The notes beneath the pieces are model-generated. The model was not told the DNA's origin, searched no databases, and saw only the letters and a list, made by a program, of their open reading frames with translations. Source: a virus. From it: 64,000 nucleotides of DNA. Location: the IMG/VR virus record IMGVR_UViG_3300042922_000827, positions 23,774-87,773 of that record; one strand, given 5' to 3'. Shown piece by piece: positions 9,291 through 19,422 of this stretch; the first letter of the stretch is position 1; every line of letters starts with the position of its first letter. The translations under genes were made by a program, and so were the position numbers.

Positions 9291-10139
9291 TTATAATTTA
9301 AAACAAAAATTCATTACTTCATTTTGAATATGACGTTCTACTGGAACTACGATTCTATCATAATTCTTATCAACTAAAGTAACAGATTTGCCATCTTCTG
9401 ATAATAGAATGCTTTCATAGAAAGTATCAAAATTATTAACGATGGTATTAAGATTAGCAGACTCTGCCATAATATAATCTCTTACAGATGCGTTAGTGAT
9501 AGGAGTTATAATTTGGAATCCTTCTTCAACTAATTGAATATTGCCATGTTCTTCTACCATCTTAGGAATATAGATATATTTATTAGCCTGCGCGGAAGCT
9601 CCCTCGCTAATAATTTTAGTAGTATATGCTTTAGGATGTGATGGGTAATAAACACGGTCATATGTAACTATCTTAAGATTACGCACATATGCTTTACCTG
9701 CATTTTGTATAATAGTACCTAATGCTCTAAGAGAAAATGATGGTTTAGCCCCATCTTTAAGATCATCGTTAAATGATCTTCCTAAATCATTATTAGTTCC
9801 ACGGAAGTTTGCTTTTACAAGATTGCCTTCCATCCACAACTTAGTATACCAAACTTGTTCCATGAATGGGTCGACTTTCTGTTGTCTTGCTAAGTCATTA
9901 GCCGATGGATGACCAGCTTCACCTTTAAAATTTCCACTAGTTACCATTTCTTGCTGCTTAGCACAATGAATTTCTTTATATAGATCATCATGGGCATAGC
10001 ATCGTTTATTGCGATTTTCTTCCTCGGCTTCTTGAATTATACCTTCGGCAATAACGAAATCTCTGTTTTGATTCACTATATTAAATTCTACGTCTTTAGC
10101 AGACGATTCACATATAATATATGCTAACGTAGTATTCAT
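9291..10139 (-). CDS. prohead (head maturation) protease, T4 gp21/S77 family
   Basis: NRNKRCY, GEAGHP (His), SFSLRALG (Ser), TYDRVYYPSH motifs; late promoter at 10159-10170. Confidence 0.88.
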   Translation of the reverse strand: MNTTLAYIICESSAKDVEFNIVNQNRDFVIAEGIIQEAEEENRNKRCYAHDDLYKEIHCAKQQEMVTSGNFKGEAGHPSANDLARQQKVDPFMEQVWYTKLWMEGNLVKANFRGTNNDLGRSFNDDLKDGAKPSFSLRALGTIIQNAGKAYVRNLKIVTYDRVYYPSHPKAYTTKIISEGASAQANKYIYIPKMVEEHGNIQLVEEGFQIITPITNASVRDYIMAESANLNTIVNNFDTFYESILLSEDGKSVTLVDKNYDRIVVPVERHIQNEVMNFCFKL

Positions 10140-10158
10140 CTAATTACCTCCTTTGCTT

Positions 10159-10170
10159 TATATCTATGTT
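10159..10170 (-). promoter_or_regulatory. late-type promoter AACA-N6-TA
   Basis: AACA-TAGATA-TA just upstream of the GGAGG RBS of the protease gene. Confidence 0.65.
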
Positions 10171-10233
10171 TAAACATATCTAATACAAGCAAATATATGA
10201 TTTGCCTAATTATGTAATAGTTTGAGTTTTCAT

Positions 10234-10252
10234 TCATATATTATAAAAGTGA
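10234..10252 (+). promoter_or_regulatory. early-type promoter (one mismatch)
   Basis: TCATATATTATA-AAAG-TGA. Confidence 0.6.
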
Positions 10253-10450
10253 ATAGTAATAAAATTACATTCGAAGGGATTAAATCTATGAGTAAAATTA
10301 AATTTCGAATGAGTGAAAAATATACGAAAGGAGAACTAGTATACTCAATAGCCTAACCTAAAATAAAATGAGGGCAGTTATTTTATTATGGGGGGAGGGC
10401 GTTTCGAATGGATAACGAAACTACTGGATTCGAACACGAATAGTCAATAG

Positions 10451-10487
10451 ATATAACCGCAAATGAATAATTCATTTGCGGTTATAT
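10451..10487. terminator. bidirectional terminator
   Basis: 18-bp arms ATATAACCGCAAATGAAT with 1-nt spacer. Confidence 0.75.
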
Positions 10488-10501
10488 ATTTATTAATTTG
10501 A

Positions 10502-11047
10502 CTATTTATTTTTTTGATAATTTTTGCCAGTTGTAACCTTTTCTACTTTATCTGCAACTACTTGTTCTTTAACTTCTAGAGTAGCTGCTTCTACAGCAGA
10601 TTCAATTTTTTCAGTAGACTCTGGAACCTCTTCGGTAGTTTCTGCTATAGGCAGTACAGGAGCGATAACTCTTTCTTGAACTACTGGAACTTCTTCCGCA
10701 GTTTGTTCAGATTTGATTTCGACTGTTTGTTCAAGTTTAACTTCCACTTGTTCGGGCTGCGACTCTATAACCAATTTGCCATCTACCTGTTTTACATCCA
10801 TAATTACAGCCTTTAGCTCTTCTGGTTTTGCAATTACGATAGAATTATCTTTATTGTAATTGGTGAAGTCTAAAGGAATAGTTCTGTTTCCGATTACTTC
10901 TTCAACCTTTGCTTTACTTCTAATGCAGATAAGAATCTCATTAATTGTAAGGGTAATACCATTTGCCACCCCAGCTACAGGATATCTCAATCCAGTAATA
11001 GGCGCGTTAGTTTTTACATTTACTTTCTTTTTTGTTACTGTTGTCAT
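10502..11047 (-). CDS. hypothetical late protein with Glu/Val-rich disordered tail
   Basis: AGGAGG RBS; 181 aa. Confidence 0.75.
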   Translation of the reverse strand: MTTVTKKKVNVKTNAPITGLRYPVAGVANGITLTINEILICIRSKAKVEEVIGNRTIPLDFTNYNKDNSIVIAKPEELKAVIMDVKQVDGKLVIESQPEQVEVKLEQTVEIKSEQTAEEVPVVQERVIAPVLPIAETTEEVPESTEKIESAVEAATLEVKEQVVADKVEKVTTGKNYQKNK

Positions 11048-11071
11048 TTTATTTCCTCCTAAAAATTAATT

Positions 11072-11245
11072 TTAATCTGAATAAACTGTGTCGTCTTCAC
11101 CCATAACAATATCGATAGCGTCACTATCCGAAATATTGTCTGATAGCAAATCTTCTTCAGCATCGATAATATCATCAATATCGCCATCTACAACAGACAT
11201 GACAATATCATCATCGATAAATTCTTCATATAGCATATCGAGCAT
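11072..11245 (-). CDS. 57-aa hyper-acidic protein (not in ORF track)
   Basis: GGAGGT RBS; MLDMLYEEFIDDDIVMSVVDGDIDDIIDAEEDLLSDNISDSDAIDIVMGEDDTVYSD; 22 D/E and no K/R. Confidence 0.75.
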   Translation of the reverse strand: MLDMLYEEFIDDDIVMSVVDGDIDDIIDAEEDLLSDNISDSDAIDIVMGEDDTVYSD

Positions 11246-11249
11246 TTAC

Positions 11250-11420
11250 TTATACCTCCATATATTTTTCTTCAGATGGGAAAATATCGGATAGATCTTC
11301 ATTAATAGACGTTGTTTCCATAATGCTATCAAGAATGTCATCATCGTCCATACACATCAAATCATCTTCGTCCTCTTTCGCCATCTCATTGTATAGAAGT
11401 TCATCGAAAGCTTTAGACAA
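11250..11420 (-). CDS. small acidic protein
   Basis: AAGGAG RBS before TTG at 11420 (ORF open from 11438); D/E-rich; late promoter at 11447-11458. Confidence 0.7.
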   Translation of the reverse strand: MSKAFDELLYNEMAKEDEDDLMCMDDDDILDSIMETTSINEDLSDIFPSEEKYMEV

Positions 11421-11456
11421 ATTAATCTCTCCTTCCATAGCAATCTTATTTATATG

Positions 11457-12674
11457 TTAAACCAGTCTCTTTATATCAGTTTTTAATAAATCGATTGCAT
11501 ATTTTTCTAATACAAATATAACCATAGGAATAGTATAAAATAGCTCTACTCCAGGACTAAATTCTAATTGCTCTAAAGCATTTATCATATCTTGAGTTAT
11601 ATCTTTTTTATTAAAATAACTACTAATAATATTATAATATTCTTTAGCATTGCCAACTTCAAAAGTTTTACCATTCATAATAGCATCTATAAAGTCTGCA
11701 TCAAGAATATCAATAGGATCTGCCAATACTCCTAATTTAACTTTGTAATCTATCATAAAGTAGTCTTCCATTCTAGTAGTTAATAGCGAAGTAGGGTCTG
11801 TTATAAGAACACCATATGCTCTAGGGAAATTAGTTTTATTATTTCTTTGCTCTAAGCATCTGAATATAGTTTTATCATATTCTATACAAAATGTTTGTGG
11901 CAAATATACTTGCTGTGTGATATAACTATACTTATCTCTACCATAATCGAGTATCCCATTGCGTATAATAAACTCGATCATATAAGGATCATAGAAATAA
12001 ACGTCACCATATGCAAATATATAAGTTTGCACTCTATGCTTAAAAAATAAACTATTGAAATATTCTCTAAGTATAGAAGTTACATTTTGTATACTTTCTA
12101 TGAATTTATATTCTTCATTTATCACGACAGATTTTAGATCGCTACCTATATTACTAGCAACCATATTAAATTCATTTATAACCTGTGCTTCTATCTTGAG
12201 ATCAAAATTATCAAGCTTATATGTGAGCTTATAGAAATTATTTCCATTTTCTAAAGTATCAATGTTTACTCCAACTACTCTAAAAAATATATTTTTACCT
12301 AAATGATTAATTACAAAATACCCCTCTTGATATGGAGTAAATGTATTAGGAGGAAGTATAACTTCTCCTTCGATTGGACTGGACTCTGGTCCCCATTCTC
12401 CCATATCGATATCCAATTGAATTTTTTCCATACCATATAAGAATACATCATTTATCTTATTAAACCTCAATCCACTTTGAGGTCCAACAGATTCATATAT
12501 TTGTTTTGTCGACTCGTCCAATGTCGATACATCAATATTTGGATTGTAGTATGTCACTACAGTAGGGGATTTGTCTATAAAGATGTAAAACGGATTATCT
12601 AGTCTTCCCTTTACTCCCTGAACGAGACTATCTACTGTAACTTTCATATCAGTATTTAAAAATTTACCAGCCAA
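11457..12674 (-). CDS. virion structural protein, possibly neck/head-closure
   Basis: late promoter at 12694-12705; AGGAGG RBS; beta-rich N-terminal half reminiscent of head-closure proteins. Confidence 0.45.
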   Translation of the reverse strand: MAGKFLNTDMKVTVDSLVQGVKGRLDNPFYIFIDKSPTVVTYYNPNIDVSTLDESTKQIYESVGPQSGLRFNKINDVFLYGMEKIQLDIDMGEWGPESSPIEGEVILPPNTFTPYQEGYFVINHLGKNIFFRVVGVNIDTLENGNNFYKLTYKLDNFDLKIEAQVINEFNMVASNIGSDLKSVVINEEYKFIESIQNVTSILREYFNSLFFKHRVQTYIFAYGDVYFYDPYMIEFIIRNGILDYGRDKYSYITQQVYLPQTFCIEYDKTIFRCLEQRNNKTNFPRAYGVLITDPTSLLTTRMEDYFMIDYKVKLGVLADPIDILDADFIDAIMNGKTFEVGNAKEYYNIISSYFNKKDITQDMINALEQLEFSPGVELFYTIPMVIFVLEKYAIDLLKTDIKRLV

Positions 12675-12741
12675 TTAAATTACCTCCTTTCTTTAATCGA
12701 ATGTTTGACAAAAAATAAAGCACATTGGTTTCCCAATGTGC

Positions 12742-13785
12742 TTATATACGTATAATTTGATCTTTTATTCTTTCCAAATTAACGCCAAAATCTTTTTCCC
12801 CTGGCAGTACATTGCGATGTATAAAAACCTGTATTCCTATAGGGCTGAGCAGATCTCGTATTATTCTTATTTCTTCATTTGGGATATCGTTATCCACATA
12901 TATGTGAAAAACGCAATTCATTATACCCATTCTAACTAAGAATAATTTTATAACGTTTATGTATGATCTGCCACCAACTGAAGTATAAATGTTCTGCTTT
13001 CTATTTCCTTTATTAAGATTATGAAATATAGACAGTATATCAAATGATCCCTCAGCTATATGAATTTTTATTGGTTCTGGAGATATAATATTGCACCTGG
13101 TTGGTATATTGTAAAATCTCATAGAGTTATCATCTGCTTCAAATATACTATAGTTTGTGTATCTATGATCTATATACTTATTTACTTCGCCAGGTTTCCT
13201 TAAGTTTTTAAGATTAATAAATCCATTATCCATGGATAAAAATCCTATAAAACTATCATCTAATTCATTTACAATATTATCATATCTGGTGTACTTGGTT
13301 ATTTTATTATAATTTAATATATCTCCTAGATTAAGAACTATCTTATCTTTAAGTAAATCAATGTAAGTAAGATTTAATCCAAGTCTTCTATTTATATAAT
13401 ATAACTTAGCTTTACTAAGTTCGTCATTTCTTATATATCCATTAGATATTCTATATGTCTTATTTGTGCTAAGCCTATTTTTCGAAATTTTAATTGCTTT
13501 TGTATTATGCATTTTTAGAGCATGTAAGATTTCTCCATCTTGATTACAATCTATCATAGCTCTTAATATATTTGGAGTTAGTATTCCCTTTTCTCCGCAT
13601 TTAAAGCATAAATAAAGTGGGGTTTTATTTTCTCCACCAAGTGACATATATAAATGCCTAGCTTTCAAATCTGAAGAGCTATCTCCGCAGAACCTACATC
13701 TAAGTGCAATTTCTTTATTTCCAGATGCATTACGCGCATCTGGAAATTTACGTTTTAAAAATTCTCGTAAGTCATCTTGAAACAT
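12742..13785 (-). CDS. dnaG: DNA primase (zinc finger + TOPRIM)
   Basis: CRFCGDS...CFKC zinc finger; IAEGSFD and YVDND TOPRIM motifs; C-terminal KD. Confidence 0.85.
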   Translation of the reverse strand: MFQDDLREFLKRKFPDARNASGNKEIALRCRFCGDSSSDLKARHLYMSLGGENKTPLYLCFKCGEKGILTPNILRAMIDCNQDGEILHALKMHNTKAIKISKNRLSTNKTYRISNGYIRNDELSKAKLYYINRRLGLNLTYIDLLKDKIVLNLGDILNYNKITKYTRYDNIVNELDDSFIGFLSMDNGFINLKNLRKPGEVNKYIDHRYTNYSIFEADDNSMRFYNIPTRCNIISPEPIKIHIAEGSFDILSIFHNLNKGNRKQNIYTSVGGRSYINVIKLFLVRMGIMNCVFHIYVDNDIPNEEIRIIRDLLSPIGIQVFIHRNVLPGEKDFGVNLERIKDQIIRI

Positions 13786-13795
13786 AGTTGCAACC

Positions 13796-13993
13796 CTACT
13801 CTCTAATCTCCAGCTCAAATAAAAATGATCCGAGATGGATGGAAATAATACCGAATAGAATCTTATTAAAGTTTCCAAATATTAAGTTTACTATGCCGCC
13901 ATTATATTCGTTTAAAACATGAACGAATATAGACGCTCCTGCTAATAAAAGTAATATAGAAATTAGAATATTTGATATTTTTAGATAATTCAA
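13796..13993 (-). CDS. small membrane protein
   Basis: two hydrophobic helices; AGGAGG upstream. Confidence 0.5.
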   Translation of the reverse strand: MNYLKISNILISILLLLAGASIFVHVLNEYNGGIVNLIFGNFNKILFGIISIHLGSFLFELEIRE

Positions 13994-14036
13994 GTTGTTT
14001 TATTCCTCCTTATTAAATTCCGTGAGTAATTATATG

Positions 14037-14258
14037 TTATGACTTATTTGAACCATCAGATGGCTTAGATCCAATATGGCTATTGTGAATAGAATTAATT
14101 TTAGTAGATAGTATAAAAATAAGCCATATTAATATCATGATAGCAATAAATTCAATATTAGTTAATTCATTTGTAAGCAATATTATAGTAGCCGCTATAA
14201 TAGCCAATACAAATGAAACTAATAATATAGCTAATACACATTTTATATTGTTTTTCAT
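14037..14258 (-). CDS. small membrane protein
   Basis: two hydrophobic helices; AGGAG RBS. Confidence 0.6.
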   Translation of the reverse strand: MKNNIKCVLAILLVSFVLAIIAATIILLTNELTNIEFIAIMILIWLIFILSTKINSIHNSHIGSKPSDGSNKS

Positions 14259-14324
14259 ATCTCTTCTCCTTATTATGTGAATTAAATACAGTGGGAGTAT
14301 GCAAATGCATACTCCCGTTTATGA

Positions 14325-15911
14325 TCAGATTAATAAAGTAAATAATAACATTTCTTCGCAGATAATCTCTGGAGGAGTACATTCTACTTTAATTCCATTG
14401 AGATCATCATTGTATGGGTCTATATTTCTGAACTCCGATGCTAAGATTTGAGCAATATTTTTAAATAATATTTGCTCTTGAATTTTTTCATTCCTATACT
14501 TAGCCACAACTTTAGGGAAGTTATCTGATAGCATCATTCTCTGTAGGATTTTTTTGTTTACTGTTTTTCTAGTAACAAAGCGGCTAATTCTCCCACCAAG
14601 AACAAATGGCAATAGAGTTTGTCCTTCTCTTATTAATTTTCTTTTAGCAGCTATCATAAGAATTATATAATCCCTATTATTTATAAGTTTAACGGCTTGA
14701 GTGTCGCAAAAATTGTTTAAAAATATATATGATATTAGATTGCTTTGGAATTCGTTCTTTAGAGGCTTCCCATCAATCGTAAGCTCTTTCCTATAAAATT
14801 CTATTTCTTCTTCTGAAAATGGACCGAACTCTTGAATGATATTCCTCATTGTGGTTTCGCAATTTACATTAGTTTGAATAAGCATAGCTTCATCTTGTTT
14901 AGCCATATGAGCTTCAAACTTATCGCTTTCACTATTATTATCATCATCGCGATTTGATGACGATACTGTAATTAATGCAAATTCATATGGGATATCAGTA
15001 ATCTTATATTTAATATCCCGCATAATAGCATCAAAGTTAAAATGAATGATATTTTTAGAATATGTGTACTTTGGAATTATCTGCATGATGATATCTTCCA
15101 ACGTATACATAGAATGTACGGTTGGATTTCTACCTCTTATGTCTTGCATGTCAAAGAGAACAATATTGTTATTACGACTTTTATTTACATTTGTAAATGT
15201 AGTTTCTAAGAGTTTAGATATCATATCTACGTTATACTTATGCACTATCATAACAAAGATACGATCAAAGGATCTTAGTAAAATTCTCTTAACTTCTTGA
15301 GGTGAAACGTTTCTTGTATAGATATAATGTGATACTAATGGTATTATAATATTTTGCATCATTGAGATTTCCATTAATATCATTGCATGGAAATCTGTAT
15401 ATTCCAAGCATGGGTTTTTATTATTCCTATAACTTAAATGGATATTGTAGTTATCTCGATTCATGCACCCTATATTATAATGCAATATAGGAGATGCCAT
15501 ATGATCTATGAGATATCTAACCAAGTCGTTGATAAAATTGTCTTCACCGTAGCCTTCTTGATAATCAATGTAGTACTTCAATCTGGCATAGATATAGAGT
15601 AACCTATGATCTCTGTCATAAAACTTTTCGAAATAATTTAGATACGTAGTATTGTGTTCTCTGAATCCTATTATTACTTTGTCTTCGTTTGTTTTTGGAT
15701 CTTTCTTAAGTTTTGTGTCGCTGTTGTAGCAACGCTTAGGAGCCATCATAAAATAATTAATTCCACTGTTTTCTGGCATCCCATAAACAGATGCTATATT
15801 TGCAATTATAGCACCTCTTGTGTGAGAAAACACACAATCTTCTGGTTCCATCTCCCACTCATCTACGGATACGAATTTAGGTATAGTACATCTCTCCGCT
15901 ATAGTTTTCAA
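14325..15911 (-). CDS. large early protein; candidate promoter-specificity subunit of the non-virion RNAP (AR9 gp226-like)
   Basis: 528 aa, helical, has its own early promoter, two genes from the chaperonin as with AR9 g226/g228; function inferred from synteny only. Confidence 0.45.
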   Translation of the reverse strand: MKTIAERCTIPKFVSVDEWEMEPEDCVFSHTRGAIIANIASVYGMPENSGINYFMMAPKRCYNSDTKLKKDPKTNEDKVIIGFREHNTTYLNYFEKFYDRDHRLLYIYARLKYYIDYQEGYGEDNFINDLVRYLIDHMASPILHYNIGCMNRDNYNIHLSYRNNKNPCLEYTDFHAMILMEISMMQNIIIPLVSHYIYTRNVSPQEVKRILLRSFDRIFVMIVHKYNVDMISKLLETTFTNVNKSRNNNIVLFDMQDIRGRNPTVHSMYTLEDIIMQIIPKYTYSKNIIHFNFDAIMRDIKYKITDIPYEFALITVSSSNRDDDNNSESDKFEAHMAKQDEAMLIQTNVNCETTMRNIIQEFGPFSEEEIEFYRKELTIDGKPLKNEFQSNLISYIFLNNFCDTQAVKLINNRDYIILMIAAKRKLIREGQTLLPFVLGGRISRFVTRKTVNKKILQRMMLSDNFPKVVAKYRNEKIQEQILFKNIAQILASEFRNIDPYNDDLNGIKVECTPPEIICEEMLLFTLLI

Positions 15912-15969
15912 GTAAATTTCCCCCTAATCTCATAAAACAAAATTATTATATCCTAATATTTTTCATCTC

Positions 15970-15988
15970 TCATAGATATAATATATAA
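15970..15988 (-). promoter_or_regulatory. early-type promoter
   Basis: TTATATATTATA-TCTA-TGA on minus strand. Confidence 0.75.
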
Positions 15989-15989
15989 T

Positions 15990-16775
15990 TTACTTTCGGT
16001 TTGTTGTTTTAGTATGCTTAGTAGTTTTTATAGTTTTTATCATACTAGTTTTCTTATTAACAACAGTATTAGATACACTTTTTGTGGCTCTCTTCCCAGC
16101 ATTAGAACCAGTATCAGATACATTACCTTTGGGGTTTCCTTTTCTTCTGGCTTTGTTTTCCTTTTCTTGCTGCTCTCCTTTTATCTGACGATCTTCCACT
16201 TTCTTGTCAGCATTTTCTACAAATGCCAATAAATTTCTAGCTACATATTTAACCCCCTCTGCTGCCCATATAGGTTTTTTATCTAAACCCCTAAGTTTAA
16301 TAAAAAGATACGCAAAATATAAAGATTTGACATAACCAACAACATTTTTGGGATTTCTTATATCTGCCCCATCTTTCAATGCCCTTTTACTCATTTTGGG
16401 TTTAAGATCATCTATGAATAATTTATTCTGTGCAAACGAATATGCATATGTAAATACGAAAGCAGGATCATTTGAAAAGAACTTGACTTCGTAGTTTTTT
16501 AAACTGTTTTCTAACTCTATTGTAGCATCGTTTGTTGTAAACTCTATGATCACATCGTAGTAGAATTTACTAACAAGCTCTGATGGTATTTTGATATGAA
16601 TAAGATAGCGTCTATCGCTATCTTTATATAATCTATAATTAATAGTTCCAGCTTCTCTGGCTATAACAGCATCGAATTTTTTAGTATAAATTTCTTTAAA
16701 TAATTCCCTTTGACTATAAACTGCATTATTCTTACCCATAGGGTTTTTGATATATTCTTCTAAAGTCATAATCAT
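15990..16775 (-). CDS. hypothetical protein with basic C-terminal tail
   Basis: 261-aa ORF; GGGGGAG RBS. Confidence 0.8.
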   Translation of the reverse strand: MIMTLEEYIKNPMGKNNAVYSQRELFKEIYTKKFDAVIAREAGTINYRLYKDSDRRYLIHIKIPSELVSKFYYDVIIEFTTNDATIELENSLKNYEVKFFSNDPAFVFTYAYSFAQNKLFIDDLKPKMSKRALKDGADIRNPKNVVGYVKSLYFAYLFIKLRGLDKKPIWAAEGVKYVARNLLAFVENADKKVEDRQIKGEQQEKENKARRKGNPKGNVSDTGSNAGKRATKSVSNTVVNKKTSMIKTIKTTKHTKTTNRK

Positions 16776-16837
16776 TACTTTCTCCCCCTATTCATTTTTA
16801 TTAATAATAGTTAAAATTCCCCCTTTAAATGTTATAA

Positions 16838-16875
16838 TATATTAAGGCTACTGCATAGACAGTAGCCTTAATATA
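16838..16875 (-). terminator. terminator after chaperonin
   Basis: TATATTAAGGCTACTG / CAGTAGCCTTAATATA stem. Confidence 0.65.
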
Positions 16876-16911
16876 ACCTTTTTAATTAAATGTAATAGAT
16901 GATATTATTTT

Positions 16912-18669
16912 TTATTCTGGGTCGATATAAACATTATACTCTGGAGCTTCGCACAAATATTGATTTGTGCTAAACACCAATCCAATGATCTTAGATATAG
17001 CATCTAAAATAACTTGATCCGATTTGATAGAGCTTAATACATTTCCATCAAATTCTTCAGTTCTGATATTGAATGGTGTTTCATTCATAATGCACCGCAA
17101 TGTTAAATTAATAGCGTTGGCTTTATTACCACCACAATATGCTAAGTATAGTGAAGAGATAAGCTCGGCATATGCACTATTGAGTACAGCATAAATATTA
17201 AACTTTTCATTAGATTTCATTTTTTCAAAATCTTCTTCGGTATAATCTTTTACTGACTCTTTTTCTAATTGATTGAATGCTCGGAACCCTTCAAAATTAG
17301 CACCAAATCCATATCCGTCTTTTGCAGCACTACGGCAATTTAATACAGCATCTTCTACAAGATCTTTTAATGCATCTCGATCAGTCATAGAAATACCACC
17401 AACTAAGTAATCAACCATATTGGCTTTGAGAGAATTGATTCTCCTTTTAAGGATGCCAATTTTAGTAATTTCTTCTTTTGTTGATTCGTAGTTTTCCAGC
17501 ATCGAATAAAGACCATTAATAAGCTCGTTATACACGTCGCTTTTAGTTCCGTCTTCATTATGCATAAGCTTAGGATTGACAACTTTAGTTTTCATATTAT
17601 CCGATTCGATAAGTTCGGCTTCTCCGGCAAATTCATGAAGATTTTGTGGAGTTGCTGCGAGACCGGCAGAAATATCAATTTGCTGTAACTTAGGATCAAT
17701 ATATTTCTTAATCAATTTAGCACCACTAAGGCGAGCCAAGTCTACAAGAAGATCCCCCTTAAATATATTTGTTACAATAGAAAATGGAGGTCTATTTTCG
17801 GCTGGCATAGATGCTAATTGCCCAATTAAAGAATCTACCATAGCATCCATATCATTTCCTAATTCTGGGCAGAAAACAACTGTTGGGACTAATTTGGCTC
17901 CAGCTGCATGTCCTTCTTCAGATGATGGAAAGAAAACATTTTGGTATATAATTTGATCTAAGAAAGCCCGCATTTCTGGAGTATTAATTTCTCCATCGAA
18001 TACATAAACTTTAGCATTACGAATAGAAGAAATTTTTCTTGAGCTATCTGTAATAAATGCTGGATCAGAATACCCGCTATCGAAAGTTAATCCATCATAA
18101 ACTTTCTGAACATTATGTATAGAATTAGAAACTCCAACGTCTATAAATACATCCATACCATGCTCGGCATAAATATTTTTAATATTTGCTGCCACCTCAG
18201 TATTTCCATTTGTAGCGATCATAGCAATACGATAAATATCATCGATTGTCGTTTCTTTCTTATTTGCTTCTATAATTTTGATTGCTTCGCCTACAGCATT
18301 CTGTAGCTGGCTGATCAATTCATTGTCACTAATAGCATATTTTTTGCTCGCTTCTACAAGCGCATTAAAAATAATAGCAGAAAGTATAATAGCAGAAGTA
18401 GTACCATCGCCCACTTCAACTACGATTCTTCTAGTAATATCCTCTAGATCGTCACGCATCGTATATTCAATAGGTCTATTAAATTTAATAGATCCTAAAA
18501 TAGTATGACCATCTTTAGAATATTTTGTTAAAGCGCCTTTTTGTCTAATAGCAGTAACAGATCCTGTTGGACCGAAAGAGTTTATTAATGAATTTGAAAT
18601 GATTTCTAGAGCTTTCTGCTGTGCTTCTCTTACCTTGTGTTTTGGAACGATATTTGTATAAACTGTCAT
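16912..18669 (-). CDS. groEL: phage chaperonin (GroEL-like)
   Basis: SFGPTG, SKDGHTI, VGDGTTSAIIL ATP-binding motif, VEDAVLNCRSA; no GGM tail. Confidence 0.9.
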   Translation of the reverse strand: MTVYTNIVPKHKVREAQQKALEIISNSLINSFGPTGSVTAIRQKGALTKYSKDGHTILGSIKFNRPIEYTMRDDLEDITRRIVVEVGDGTTSAIILSAIIFNALVEASKKYAISDNELISQLQNAVGEAIKIIEANKKETTIDDIYRIAMIATNGNTEVAANIKNIYAEHGMDVFIDVGVSNSIHNVQKVYDGLTFDSGYSDPAFITDSSRKISSIRNAKVYVFDGEINTPEMRAFLDQIIYQNVFFPSSEEGHAAGAKLVPTVVFCPELGNDMDAMVDSLIGQLASMPAENRPPFSIVTNIFKGDLLVDLARLSGAKLIKKYIDPKLQQIDISAGLAATPQNLHEFAGEAELIESDNMKTKVVNPKLMHNEDGTKSDVYNELINGLYSMLENYESTKEEITKIGILKRRINSLKANMVDYLVGGISMTDRDALKDLVEDAVLNCRSAAKDGYGFGANFEGFRAFNQLEKESVKDYTEEDFEKMKSNEKFNIYAVLNSAYAELISSLYLAYCGGNKANAINLTLRCIMNETPFNIRTEEFDGNVLSSIKSDQVILDAISKIIGLVFSTNQYLCEAPEYNVYIDPE

Positions 18670-19319
18670 TTTTGTTCTCCCCCTATTTTTGGTAAAGTTA
18701 GTCCTACATATGGGTCAACTGTACGTACTTTATTAGAACCGGAAACGGCTAATATAACTTTCTTTGGTAATCCGCTAACTTCATCTATATTGTGCATATA
18801 GTTTAGTAGAAATATATACTTGCCACCCATGTTCTTATATTGTACGACTTGCTCCACATATTTTAGAAATAGACAATTGTAGGTAGTCATATCAGTTTCA
18901 TTTATTATAGCTACGATAGAACTATCTAAATCATTAATATACTGTTTTTGCATTTGATTTTTACAACTAATAAAGTTTCTAATAATACCATCAGAAGATT
19001 CTAAAGTTTTTGCAAATTTTAAAATATCATTTGGTTTGCAGTAAGTTAAAATTTCTTCCATATGTTTAGCTTCCAGGTCTTTTAACATATCATCTGCACT
19101 ACTGATATATTCTTCCTTGAGTAATATTGTAATAGGATTGGCTAATTTTCTAGCCAGCAACAAATTCCTTTTTACATTTTCACTACTAGCATTAACTACG
19201 AACTGATTAAAGTATATTGATTTCTTGTATTTTGAAATCATATAATTTATAATACCGAGATCAATATCTACTACAGATTCAAAAGCTAATAAGTTTGAGA
19301 AAGAATACTCCCTTTCCAT
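18666..19319 (-). CDS. hypothetical protein coupled to the chaperonin gene
   Basis: ATGA overlap with the chaperonin start; 217 aa. Confidence 0.8.
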   Translation of the reverse strand: MEREYSFSNLLAFESVVDIDLGIINYMISKYKKSIYFNQFVVNASSENVKRNLLLARKLANPITILLKEEYISSADDMLKDLEAKHMEEILTYCKPNDILKFAKTLESSDGIIRNFISCKNQMQKQYINDLDSSIVAIINETDMTTYNCLFLKYVEQVVQYKNMGGKYIFLLNYMHNIDEVSGLPKKVILAVSGSNKVRTVDPYVGLTLPKIGGEQK

Positions 19320-19378
19320 TTTTATCCCCCTCTAATTTTTATTTAACAATATTTTCCATTAAGAAACTAATTAAAAAA

Positions 19379-19411
19379 ATACAGACGTATCTTTTTTAGA
19401 TACGTCTGTAT
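19379..19411 (-). terminator. terminator hairpin
   Basis: ATACAGACGTATCT / AGATACGTCTGTAT followed by a T tract on the minus strand. Confidence 0.7.
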
Positions 19412-19422
19412 AATTTGATTTA

